IMG/VR virus record: IMGVR_UViG_3300047476_000704
Location: 96,001 to 160,000 of that record
DNA: 64,000 nucleotides
Direction: 5' to 3' (one strand)
Source: a virus
Shown: positions 35,610 through 46,600 of the stretch, piece by piece
How the letters are laid out: each line of letters begins with the position of its first letter
Position numbering within the stretch: position 1 is the first letter of the stretch
The notes under the pieces: generated by a model
Told to the model about the DNA's origin: nothing
What the model saw: the letters and a program-made list of their open reading frames with translations, nothing else
The model's database searches: none
Made by a program: the position numbers and the translations under genes

Positions 35610-36680
35610 TTACCACTTTCTACAAGACCAATATCTTGCTTTGTGTCTTGGACCAGGTTGGTCACAATTATGTCTTGCTCTAAAAGACCTTCTTGCATCT
35701 GGATTAGATTTTCTTATTCTCATTGTTTTTTCACCTTTAGATGCTGCCGATGTACCACCATGTCCAAAGTTTACTTTAACAACATTACCCGCTGGATTTT
35801 TAACATATACTTTGAATTTTTTAACATCGCCCCTCATTGGTTTACCCAATTTCACTTCTCTACCCCGATATTCAGCTTCAAATACACAATTGCAATTTGC
35901 TTCATCTAATGTATTTCTGTATGCTTTTAAGAACTGAATGAAATCTTCTATATCTTCTCTATCAACATCTAACTCATCGTAATCATCTTCCACCTCATTT
36001 ACAGGTACACAATTTGGAACTTGCTTTCCACCTTTATCTTTCATTCCAACTTGCTTATATCCAGTCCAACAATCTTCACATAATGCATTAGATTCACCTT
36101 CGTTACAAGTCTTCCAACCCCCACCCTTTGCTTTGTAGTTTTTTGCAGCCCAACCATTAGCATATGCGGATGGATAAACATCAAATTTTGATTTAGCTGC
36201 TGCTTTTGATGCAGACCATTTTGCCGGGTCAGTTGGACAATTCTTTTCTAAAAAAAGATTTAATTTTTCGTAGATATTCATAGTTTCATTCTTTTTCTTT
36301 CCTTGGCAATGTGCTCTTTGAGAGAAACCTTTTGGATTGTTACAATCTATACTATTTTTGTATTTTTGGCTCCAATCTTCATTTTTTGGCTTTGTAGAAA
36401 CATATATTGGTGTTTTTCCTTGCCCTTTACTATCCTTACCACCTCTATCTGCATCATTTTGTGCTGCTCTTTTTCTGCGAGTTGCACTTTCTTTTTCTTT
36501 TTTACTCATTCCGGCGGCTTTTGATGCTGGAACACATTTAGCGTATCCTTTATTTTCACCAGAAGTACCACATGGTGGATGTTTTCCATCAACTTTCTTG
36601 CCAATGTTCACCCACTTTTCTTTAAACCACTTGCGCAAGTCTTCTTTTACTATATTACGCAATTTAATATTACCATTCAT
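35610..36680 (-). CDS. Polyprotein-like basic/Cys-rich head protein
   Basis: IKLRNIVKE tag, then five basic modules each containing two Cys, separated by NE/LE/FE junctions; start moved to ATG 36680. Confidence 0.6.
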   Translation of the reverse strand: MNGNIKLRNIVKEDLRKWFKEKWVNIGKKVDGKHPPCGTSGENKGYAKCVPASKAAGMSKKEKESATRRKRAAQNDADRGGKDSKGQGKTPIYVSTKPKNEDWSQKYKNSIDCNNPKGFSQRAHCQGKKKNETMNIYEKLNLFLEKNCPTDPAKWSASKAAAKSKFDVYPSAYANGWAAKNYKAKGGGWKTCNEGESNALCEDCWTGYKQVGMKDKGGKQVPNCVPVNEVEDDYDELDVDREDIEDFIQFLKAYRNTLDEANCNCVFEAEYRGREVKLGKPMRGDVKKFKVYVKNPAGNVVKVNFGHGGTSAASKGEKTMRIRKSNPDARRSFRARHNCDQPGPRHKARYWSCRKW

Positions 36681-36715
36681 ATACAATATATAAATATAAC
36701 AAAATTGAGTTTAAC

Positions 36716-38308
36716 CTATCGTAGTAACCATCTTAAATCTTCAAATCCATCACCAACGCCGGTTTGCATCTTATATGGGTCATCTCCATATTGACCTGGT
36801 GTGTATAAACTATCATGCGATGTTTGTACAAATCCATCCAATGAACTTCTAGTTAGATTGATACCTTCCTGTCTTAAACGCAAGGCAGTATCTCTAATCC
36901 ACAATCCCATTCCCAATGCCATCACCAAGTCATCGTTATAACCTCTTGCTGCTTCTGCTCTACCATTATTCCAAATAAATGTAAAGAACTCATCTATTGT
37001 TCTCTTACTATGGATAATAACACTCATATCTCGCATATAGTTATCTATCTTTGATATTACCAATGGACGAGTTTTAGATGATATACTAAATCCTGGCACC
37101 ATTTGTTTTTCATCTCTGTAAAACTTATTAGTAAATTGAGTATCAATATCTACATATTTAATATCTCTATTAGACCAGAATAGATTTTTGTAGTTTCTAT
37201 CTAAACATTGTTGGATTGTTGTCCAACCAATTGATGCGTTATCAATGATTAGTAAAGCATCGTTATATTCAGTTGCTAAATTGATTAGGAAATTACCAAA
37301 ATCTTTTGGTTCAATCTTACCTTTGTATTCTGCAACTTGCTCACAACTTTCTGCCTCTATAACATGAGCAGTAGAGTAGTCTTCCCCATCACCCCTTGCA
37401 ACGTCGGCAGTTACTATATAACTCTTTGTGTAATTTACATCTTCCCAAACCCATAAGTTATTATCAAACCCACGTCTATACATTGGTTCTTTAACATATG
37501 CTTCATTATATTTTGCTAATATTTCCGGTTGAACTACCGTTGCTCCGGAACTGATAAAGTCACAATCACATTCCTGCGCTGCTCCCTTTGGTCCCAATTG
37601 CTTTTCTTGCTCCTCTCTCCAACTTGCATCTCTTTCAGGGTGAACAGTCCAATGGAGTTTAATTGTATGGAATAAATTTTCTTTATTTTCTGCTTTTACC
37701 CAAGTTTTGTGAAACCAATTACCCATACCATTTGGTGTAGATAATGCGATACAGCTACCACCCGTTGATAGAGTAGATTGTGCCGATGTCCAAATTTCTT
37801 CAATATAATCAATAAATGCTGCCTCATCAAATACCAATAGGGATAGGGCTTCCGAACGTCCTGCGTCTGGTTTAGATGAAATTGCTTTGATTTGAGAACC
37901 ATTCTTTAATCGTAGAGATAGTTTGTTATCTTCAACCTCTGCAACTCTTAACCATACAGGTAAGAATTGATTCATTACTCTTACCTTTAATACCAAGTTT
38001 TTTGCAACCTCTTGTTTAGTTGCAATAACCAACACGTTATAATCTTCGTTAAAAATCATACACCACAATGCATAACCTGCAACTAATGTAGATATACCCA
38101 ATTGGCGGGATTTTAGAACAATATTAAAACGATTATCTTTGAAATCATTTAATACATCTTCCTGAAAGTTATATAAATCAAATGGTATTTTCCCACGAAC
38201 TGGGTGTTGGATTTTACAATACTTGCGCATAAAATAGACAGGGTCTTTAGCGCATTTTTTATATTGCTCTCTTACTGCATCTTGCAGTGATTTTGTTTGA
38301 TTGGCCAT
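36716..38308 (-). CDS. terL: Terminase large subunit, T4 gp17 family
   Basis: LKSRQLGIST (Walker A), LLVFDEAAFI (Walker B), LSTPNG, QECDCDF, TADVARG..DYS, DDLVMAL. Confidence 0.97.
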   Translation of the reverse strand: MANQTKSLQDAVREQYKKCAKDPVYFMRKYCKIQHPVRGKIPFDLYNFQEDVLNDFKDNRFNIVLKSRQLGISTLVAGYALWCMIFNEDYNVLVIATKQEVAKNLVLKVRVMNQFLPVWLRVAEVEDNKLSLRLKNGSQIKAISSKPDAGRSEALSLLVFDEAAFIDYIEEIWTSAQSTLSTGGSCIALSTPNGMGNWFHKTWVKAENKENLFHTIKLHWTVHPERDASWREEQEKQLGPKGAAQECDCDFISSGATVVQPEILAKYNEAYVKEPMYRRGFDNNLWVWEDVNYTKSYIVTADVARGDGEDYSTAHVIEAESCEQVAEYKGKIEPKDFGNFLINLATEYNDALLIIDNASIGWTTIQQCLDRNYKNLFWSNRDIKYVDIDTQFTNKFYRDEKQMVPGFSISSKTRPLVISKIDNYMRDMSVIIHSKRTIDEFFTFIWNNGRAEAARGYNDDLVMALGMGLWIRDTALRLRQEGINLTRSSLDGFVQTSHDSLYTPGQYGDDPYKMQTGVGDGFEDLRWLLR

Positions 38309-38321
38309 AATGCCTCCCTTA

Positions 38322-38981
38322 TTATTTTAACTTTATTTTCCAATAAACACCACCACCAATGTATGGAATTATTTGGTTTCCACCATTAGTTGATTGTTGA
38401 TTGGATATACCAATATTTAATTGATATATTTTATCTGTTTTAGTTTTAAGGAGTACACCACCACCAAATGAATTGCCGAAGTTTACTTTATCTAAAGCGC
38501 CATTCACACCAACATATACTTGATTTTTAGGTAGTTCTTTTACTATCTTTGTATCAGTAATTGTTCTTTCTTTAATTTGTGCGTTCCACTTTCTTCCAAT
38601 GATTTTGTTTTTAGAAATTGTATCGGTTAGTTCAATAGTTCCCAATCCATTATCTAAAACTAATTTATCTTTATATAAAACCTTTGAATGATAATCTTTT
38701 AGTATTCTTTCCGTATCTGCCTTTATATAAACAGGTACTTTAGTTTCACGTTCTTTTTCAACAATTGTTTCGTGGTATATATCCTTACCTTTTACATATT
38801 GTACTTTTGTATGCTCTACAATTACAGTATCAATTTTGTGTTTTAACAACTCATAGTTTTTACCATCTACATTTACGGTCTCACCTACTTTACCATCGCC
38901 GTTGGTACACTTATACCATACGATTCCGCAAGTTGCAAAAATCACAATCCATTTGATATTATTCTGTAAAAATGTTAGCAT
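38322..38981 (-). CDS. Membrane-anchored protein, possibly lysis-accessory
   Basis: N-terminal TM helix, beta-rich C-terminus ending GGGVYWKIKLK; function is inferred. Confidence 0.45.
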   Translation of the reverse strand: MLTFLQNNIKWIVIFATCGIVWYKCTNGDGKVGETVNVDGKNYELLKHKIDTVIVEHTKVQYVKGKDIYHETIVEKERETKVPVYIKADTERILKDYHSKVLYKDKLVLDNGLGTIELTDTISKNKIIGRKWNAQIKERTITDTKIVKELPKNQVYVGVNGALDKVNFGNSFGGGVLLKTKTDKIYQLNIGISNQQSTNGGNQIIPYIGGGVYWKIKLK

Positions 38982-39597
38982 AATCTTCTTTTATTATTTC
39001 CCAACTATCATCTTTTATTTTTTGATAGCCAAGTATGTTTTCTTCTGCTTCGGCTATATCTTTTCTGATGTTAGATTTTAATTCCTCAACATCACCATCA
39101 TATACCCATTTTTCAATCTTACCTTCGGCAGTTACAAATTCGTGTTCTTTATCTGCTTCTACCAATGCATCTTTGAATTTTTTAATCAAATCCGTTAGGA
39201 ACTCAATTTCATACCCGGCAATCTTCCACTTTTCATATTCGTTCCAATTTCCGTTTACTCTAAACTTTTGTTCCTTTTCAGCTAAACAATCAATACAATA
39301 CCCAGTCTTACGAATAAATTGTAAGTGTTTTTCGGTTTTTTTAATTGTTTTACACCCTTTGTTTTTACAAGTTGATAAAGATTGAATATATTGCCTTACA
39401 TCATCAAATTTAGATTTAACAATTTTAAATCCTTTTTGTTGTACCCAAGTTACACCATCACTATCTGTCCATTCATCCCCAACTTGTCTATCTTGCTTTT
39501 CAGCCCGCCAACCATGTGTATTTGTACCACCATTATCATTACCAAAAGCTACATCCAAAATCTTTTTTCTGGATGGGTGCATATACTTTTTACTCAT
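38959..39597 (-). CDS. Hypothetical protein with two CxxC-like pairs and a coiled coil
   Basis: CKNKGC and YCIDC; preceded by the late motif. Confidence 0.55.
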   Translation of the reverse strand: MSKKYMHPSRKKILDVAFGNDNGGTNTHGWRAEKQDRQVGDEWTDSDGVTWVQQKGFKIVKSKFDDVRQYIQSLSTCKNKGCKTIKKTEKHLQFIRKTGYCIDCLAEKEQKFRVNGNWNEYEKWKIAGYEIEFLTDLIKKFKDALVEADKEHEFVTAEGKIEKWVYDGDVEELKSNIRKDIAEAEENILGYQKIKDDSWEIIKEDYANIFTE

Positions 39598-39645
39598 ATA
39601 ACTTATTGTTTTGTTTTGTATATATAAATATATACTTTTTTAATT

Positions 39646-42600
39646 TTAGTAAAATATACCCAGCAACTGATTCAATGATGCAAATGCTCCAGTCATCTTA
39701 AATACATTACCTTTGTATGTAAATATAATTCCTTCATTTGGAACTATCTTATCAAATCCACCAATTGAATTTAATCTTTCTAATTCCAATTTCATTTTTT
39801 CAATTTGAGCAGGAGTGCCTTCTGCTTTTATTTTATCTATCGTTGCATCTAATCTTTTACGGATTGCTTGTAGAGCTTCGTTTGGAGATGCGGTCAATAC
39901 TGATTGCATAAATTGTAAAACTTCTGCACCCACACCTAAAAAGATTTCTTCAAATTTCATTAGGTTTTCTTTTGCAATTTTATCTTTACTTTGCTTCTCA
40001 ATACCATCAGCCCATACTCTTGCCTTCTCATCACCTATCAAATTGATACGGAATGATTTATCACCAAATGCCCATCTTTTCGTTAAACCTTCAATTTCCA
40101 ATGGTGTTAAACCTTTAGAACCTTTTTGTATAAAACTTTTCCACCAAGCCTGATGATAATCAGCTACACCAGCGTTATCTGGTAAACTAAACTCACCTTG
40201 TAATTTGGAAATCTTTGCAAGGTACTTACCTTTTTGTGAACTTAAATTTTCACTCTTTGGTAATTTTACAATAGGAGGTCCTTGTATTACATATTTAGAT
40301 TGAACGTGAGCGTTTACTTGCTTAATCATTCCTGCTAATATACTTTCAGCTCCTTTAATTTGTCCTACTGCATTTCCAGCTTCATTGTATTCAACACAAT
40401 TGTGGAATACCAATAGAGCCTGTCCATATGGAATAACATTTACGGATGTTGGATAGATAACCTCTAAATTCATAAATGCTTTACCATTCATAAATATCTT
40501 ATCCTTTTGCGCTTGAGATAATCCTCTAATAGCACTTTCCAAATCTTTCATAGCAAAGTTGTAAGCATCACTTAATGCTCCTCTACCAGCGAATTTTGCA
40601 GCCATACCAGATGCGTCCAAAGCACCTGCTCCCGCATTTGCTAAATGCCCTTTGTTTCTTGCTGCAATCAATCTACCATTCTTCCAACTTATTGCCAATG
40701 CTTGTCCATCGGTTTTTTCTCTAACAACACCCAATGAACCATCTAATGCTTTAGTAACTATATTTTTTAAATCTTTAAATGTAAGATTTATATCAGTATC
40801 AAATGGATGATGCATATGTCCATAAGCACCACCTTCGGTTAGTAAATCTTCGTTTACTTTTTTATATGGCTCGTATCCTCTTTTTTCTTTATCTTTTGTA
40901 TCAGTTTGATGACCTGGTTGTTTTTTTCGTGTGTCATCAAAATCAATCGTGTCTAATTCGGGCTCATATCCGTAATCTGGCGCATATGTTGATGTTTTGT
41001 GATGGTGATTAAAGTTATGGTCAGCCGTTCCAACTGGTTCATGGTTTTTTGTATTTATAGCTTCAAACGCACTTTTCTTTACTTTGTACCAACCACCTCC
41101 TGGTGCTCTAAATATTCTCGCCGGTATTCTAAATGTAGAACCAATTGGTAATTTACTGAAATACTTACTATCTATGTGTACTACCTTTGTAATAAACTCT
41201 TTTGTTTTATTATCAGCACCAACCAATTCAACTTCAATTTTTACCGGTTGTCCACCAATTTTGATTGTACCACCAAATATACCCTTTGTTATTTCGTTTA
41301 ATTTACCTTCTACTTGATATACAGGTGTTGATGATTTGAAATCATCTTTTCTCATTATAGTTTTAGCAATCAATTTATTTGCTTTAACCATAAATGGGAT
41401 GTTGATACCCGTTCTCTTATCTTTTACTACAAACTCGTTGTATTGTTTGATAAACTCTAAAAACTTTTTCTTATTTTTTGCTAATCTCTTAAAGAAACCA
41501 GTTAACTCTGCTGGTGATATTTCTTTGCCATTACGAGGGTCATTTAATCTTTGAAAAAAATGGTCAGTTTCTTTTCCCAAATCAACATCTTCAGGAGATA
41601 ATTGAGAGTCTGCGTATTTCTCAACCTTATCCATATCAACCTTTGCCATTTCTTTTAGCTCATTTGGAGCTTCCCAATCTTTTTCACTAATTTTACCTTC
41701 TTCTTTGTCTTTATTATATGAATCTACTGTTTTTGCCCAAACCATAGCTGGTATTGCTCCGTTCATCATATTATCGGCAAGTTGTAATGTAAACCATTCT
41801 ATATAAGTTTCATCCGTAATATTTTCTGTACCTGCGTTTATTGCTGCTTTTATAGCTCCACCAAGTATGACCTCACTTGCCATATGTTCTGCTAAATGTA
41901 CACTTAAATTACCCATCAAACCACCAACACCATGTCCTATTACTGCACCAACGCCACCCGTTACAACCATACTAGCAACCGTCAATCCAACCGTTTTACC
42001 AATTGCTATCATAGCTTTCTTTTGATTTTCATCTGGCTTTTGACCTGAAAATACTGCCTTAAATCCAGCACCAGCTACATCTAACTCATGTCCCAAATGT
42101 TTAGCTTCTCTAACTACACCCTTTACAATACCCTTTGCCTTATCACCAATCCATTTTCCAAAACTACGTCTTTCTTTTGATTGTGCTTTGTGTGCTCCTC
42201 TAAAAAATTCTTTTTCTTTAGTACTCCACTTTGATATTTTTTGATTTATATAGTTTCGTAATACTTCTGGTTTATTTACCAATGTTGAAGCAACTTTCCC
42301 AACACTAGCTTTTGCTTGTGTATTTAATCCAGTATCTTTTGGTTTTTGTGCTTTTTGCTTAACTTTTTGTAATTTTTCTTTATCAGAACCACCAGCCTTT
42401 GCAACCAACATCATTGCTGCTTTGTATGCTGGATGGTCTCTCTTATAGTTTAATGCTGAACTTACTTTAATATCTTCACCCGTCTTTGGGTTCTTTACCA
42501 ATTGGTTTAGGATTTGTGGTGAATAACCACTACCTTTTACCGATGCTTCTTTTACGATACCCTCGCCATAACCAGTATATAATCCTAAATTAACTTGATT

Positions 42601-43641
42601 TACTTTATCACTTTTTGGAGATTGTTGTCCTTTCTCTATGTTACCAGGTACTTGTCTTTTATCCATTAAAGCATGGACGTGAAGAACTCTCATTGCTTCT
42701 TGTCTTGCAAACTCCGTTCTATCTAATTGTAGAGCATCTTTAATACGATATTTCTTACCAGTTGCTGGGTCTGCGATTTCCATATTCATTATGTTATCCC
42801 AATCTACCGAATCTGGTTCGTAGTTTATATCTCCCTCAATTGTTACCAACTTATCGTAGTATTTAGGGTCTTCAAATATATGGTCTTTTGCAATCTCTGA
42901 TGCTATTCGTATATCTGTGGTGTGTTCCATTTCTACATTCACACCTTTCTTAAACTCTTTCTTTATAGTATCCAAATCCACTTTATGTTTATCAGCTATT
43001 TGTGCCAATGTCATTCCTTTAGATAATCCACCTGGTATAAACTCTTTGGTTTCGTTTAATCCTTTATTCAACATTTGGAATACATCTTTATTGTATTTAC
43101 CAAAAAACTTTTGGAATTGCTTTTCTTTTTCATCTGCTGATAAATTACTACGGAACATATTTCTCACATCGGTTGCACCAAATGAATTTGATGGAGTTTT
43201 AGAATATACATAACCCTTCGTTGAATAACCTTCCATATCCTTACCATTAGTGTATGGTTTAAAATATTGTCCACCCAATCTCATAGCATCTTTTTCTCCC
43301 AATGCTACAACTAATGCAGTATTGGTTGAGTCAAAATCACGTAGGATTTCTACGGGTTGGTATGGTGATTTTACTTGAATGAACTTTGATGGTGGGATAC
43401 CAAACACTTTAACTGCAATATCACGTTTCTGATTAAAAGAAAGTGGTGATTTACCAGAGTCTTGTACATTTGATGTTGCGATATAAACATTCTTCGCTCC
43501 AAATACGGAACATAGATGTTTGTATGTCTTATAGTGTCCTGCGTGGAATGGTTGAAATCTTCCACCATAAACTACTACCGTTTGCTTTACAGCTTCGGTT
43601 AGTAAAAAAGTTTCCACTAAATAGTTTGATAATTCATTCAT
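39646..43641 (-). CDS. Multidomain protein: HIGH-motif nucleotidyltransferase, internal modules, C-terminal ligase-fold (KxDG) nucleotidyltransferase
   Basis: VYGGRFQPFHAGH near the N-terminus; GVNVEMEH...IAKDH module; C-terminal EKTDG, NLEVI, EGIIF, FKMTG motifs. Confidence 0.7.
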   Translation of the reverse strand: MNELSNYLVETFLLTEAVKQTVVVYGGRFQPFHAGHYKTYKHLCSVFGAKNVYIATSNVQDSGKSPLSFNQKRDIAVKVFGIPPSKFIQVKSPYQPVEILRDFDSTNTALVVALGEKDAMRLGGQYFKPYTNGKDMEGYSTKGYVYSKTPSNSFGATDVRNMFRSNLSADEKEKQFQKFFGKYNKDVFQMLNKGLNETKEFIPGGLSKGMTLAQIADKHKVDLDTIKKEFKKGVNVEMEHTTDIRIASEIAKDHIFEDPKYYDKLVTIEGDINYEPDSVDWDNIMNMEIADPATGKKYRIKDALQLDRTEFARQEAMRVLHVHALMDKRQVPGNIEKGQQSPKSDKVNQVNLGLYTGYGEGIVKEASVKGSGYSPQILNQLVKNPKTGEDIKVSSALNYKRDHPAYKAAMMLVAKAGGSDKEKLQKVKQKAQKPKDTGLNTQAKASVGKVASTLVNKPEVLRNYINQKISKWSTKEKEFFRGAHKAQSKERRSFGKWIGDKAKGIVKGVVREAKHLGHELDVAGAGFKAVFSGQKPDENQKKAMIAIGKTVGLTVASMVVTGGVGAVIGHGVGGLMGNLSVHLAEHMASEVILGGAIKAAINAGTENITDETYIEWFTLQLADNMMNGAIPAMVWAKTVDSYNKDKEEGKISEKDWEAPNELKEMAKVDMDKVEKYADSQLSPEDVDLGKETDHFFQRLNDPRNGKEISPAELTGFFKRLAKNKKKFLEFIKQYNEFVVKDKRTGINIPFMVKANKLIAKTIMRKDDFKSSTPVYQVEGKLNEITKGIFGGTIKIGGQPVKIEVELVGADNKTKEFITKVVHIDSKYFSKLPIGSTFRIPARIFRAPGGGWYKVKKSAFEAINTKNHEPVGTADHNFNHHHKTSTYAPDYGYEPELDTIDFDDTRKKQPGHQTDTKDKEKRGYEPYKKVNEDLLTEGGAYGHMHHPFDTDINLTFKDLKNIVTKALDGSLGVVREKTDGQALAISWKNGRLIAARNKGHLANAGAGALDASGMAAKFAGRGALSDAYNFAMKDLESAIRGLSQAQKDKIFMNGKAFMNLEVIYPTSVNVIPYGQALLVFHNCVEYNEAGNAVGQIKGAESILAGMIKQVNAHVQSKYVIQGPPIVKLPKSENLSSQKGKYLAKISKLQGEFSLPDNAGVADYHQAWWKSFIQKGSKGLTPLEIEGLTKRWAFGDKSFRINLIGDEKARVWADGIEKQSKDKIAKENLMKFEEIFLGVGAEVLQFMQSVLTASPNEALQAIRKRLDATIDKIKAEGTPAQIEKMKLELERLNSIGGFDKIVPNEGIIFTYKGNVFKMTGAFASLNQLLGIFY

Positions 43642-43659
43642 ATACTATAAATATATATT

Positions 43660-46600
43660 TTATAGAGAACCACTAATTTTTGCCTCTAATTCTTCTACTC
43701 TTTTATTTAAATCTTGTACAACCTTTATCATAGATGAAAATATGGATTGATAATATACACCATCTACACTTCCAGAATTATCATAAATTACCCAATCTTT
43801 ATAATTCAAATCATCAACTTCTTCTGCTATAAGTCCTGCGTGTAATACATCCGAAACCTCTGTATCTTTATCTTTGAAAGATACGATGTTCAAATTTAAA
43901 ATTCTTTTTGCGGATGTTAGTGATAAAGAATTTATTTCTTTTTTATATTTTCTAGATGATGAAACCTTTTTTACATTACCACTCCCATCAACGCCCAAAG
44001 TAGTTAAACCGGATGCCGAATATAAAAAATCAAATTGTAAAGAATTATCATGTCCACCTTGATTTTGAACATTTTGATATAATCTCAATCTTTGTGTAAA
44101 CATTGAGTAATCTTGAACTTCGGAATTAAAATTATAACTTACATAACTAATACCACCACTACTTAATCTAAAATTACCAAATGTTACACCACCACTACTA
44201 ATGGTTACATCTCCAAATGTTCCACTTGCACCGGATATTGAACCGGCAAATGTTCCAGTTGCTCCGGTTATGTTTGCGCCACTTAAATTTCCACTAAAAG
44301 TACCACTAGCTCCGGTTATATCACCCTTAAAAGATGCATTTCCAGATGTATCTATATAAAATTTTTGAGAAGAAATGTAACCACTAGAACCCAATCTTAT
44401 ACCTTGAGAAGTATATGAGCCATTACCACCTCCAGATGGTGAACCACCTTGAATTTCACTTGAATTGATTACCCAACCACCAACACTACCTGCTGTTTTT
44501 GCATCACCATTGGCTTGATACCCAGCGTTATTAGTTAAACTTGTAATATTGTTGCCACTTACAATTATACTACCAGCACTAATAACCCCACTAACATCTA
44601 TTCTATTTGCAGAAACAGTACCAGTAGTAATAGCATTTCCGCTAATGGATGTAACATATCCATTTACATCTCCACCACCAATTTTAGAATTTATTGTGTC
44701 ATATGTAGTACCACTTGTAATTGTAACATTACCACTTATAGTTGCAGATGCCGCGTATAATGAACCATCAAGATATACTCTAAATGGTGCTGAATTAAAT
44801 GATGCATTACCTAAATAAATACCGTTACTATCTGCTTTAAAAATACTATTACCACTACCAATTGAAATCGTACCACCACTCAAAGCACCAGTAAATGTAC
44901 CGCTTGCCGCACTTAAAGCTCCACTAAATGTTCCACCAGCTGCTGATAAGTTACCACTAAAAGTACCACTACCATTTATGGATAAATTAGTACCATCAAA
45001 AGTAAGTTTATCCGTTAATGAAAATTTACCATCACTATCTAAATAAACTTTAGTGTTACTATTATTGTATGTACCAGTACCAATGTATATTCTACGAGTA
45101 GATGTAGTTGCATCTAATACAATTGAGTTGGGTGGCGCACCAACAGTAAACTTACCACTTATATATCCGGCTTGTCCACCAATTACAGGTGAAAATACAG
45201 TTGTATTATCTATAAATGTACCACTAAATCCACCATTAGCTAATGTTTGTAAATTAAAAAAGGATTGTGAATAAGTAGTTGCAACACTTCTACTTACACT
45301 TTGAGATAATTGTGATACGGAACTTGATATACTACTTGTTAAACTACCACTTAAACTATTACTACCACTAAATATATCTTCAAAATACGAACTTGAAAAA
45401 TTTGTTATACTACCACTAACAGCAGATACGCTACTTGCTATCGTTGTTAAATTATCATTACCACCCGTAAATGTTTGAGATGCCGTTACTGCTACTGGAA
45501 TGTAATTATTATTTACATCAAAAAACTCAAATTTAAAGTTAAAAGTTTCGTTTGATATATTTGTTGGCATTGATACAATGAACGATACCTCATTTGGTGA
45601 AAATACAGTTTCTGATGATGCTCTTAAACTAATATCTTTTAAAAACCAATTACCTTGCGTTTGCTTAAAATATAATGAAGCAGTTGATTCTGAATTTGGT
45701 AAAGAAAATTGAGATACATAATTTGTTAAATTACGAGTTGGAAATAATCCATTGATTGTATCAATTTTTCTATTACCATTTTGAGAACCACTAATGTATA
45801 TTTCCAAATTACTTTGAGATGAACCTGTGTAAAATCCATCAAATGCCAATTCATATACAGTTATATCACTCAAATCCAATTTGGGTATGTATGTAAAATT
45901 ACCATTACCATTAAGTTTAACCGAAGTTGAACCTGAAAATTGGTTTGTATCCAATGTTGCCGTTAAAGAACCACTATTCCAAAATTTAGAAAGAACTTCC
46001 GAATTAAAAAATCCAGTATCAGTTACTACACTTCCAGTTGCCTCAAAAGATTGTAATAATTCCTTTGCTTCAATTTGTATATCTTGTATTAACTCAAAAT
46101 CACTAACAGTACCTTCCGATGTACGATATACCTTTACTCTCTTTACATCACCAGCAAATGTTTCTAAACGAGATAATTTAATGTTAGCGTATGATGCAGT
46201 AATTGCAGAAGCAGATACCGATGAACCAGATACATTGTAAATTGGTTTTAATAATTCGGTAATAGTTGCTTTTGGTCTATAAAAGAAACGAACACGTGTT
46301 GTGTTTGCAAGATTTGGATTTATATTAGCTTGTCCAATGTAACGAACATTGTATTTACCTTTCCATATTTCAGGTACTTCCGTTTTACTACCATTATTAT
46401 CGTAAAACTTTAACTCACCTAAAATTGTAATAGTACAAGGACCAAATGCAGTTGAATCTTTAGCTTGAGCTACACTATCATTTGGATAAACATAAACAGC
46501 TACTACTTTTGATATACCCTCATAGTATTCAGGAGAACCATCGGATGTTTCTGTATAAACTACTCTACCATTTGCATCTCTAATCTGAACAATTACTTCG

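Noticed and set aside
33728-38308. Inteins or introns in portal or terminase
   Set aside because: Family motifs are contiguous, lengths are ordinary, and no intein C-terminal HN-C/S/T block was seen.
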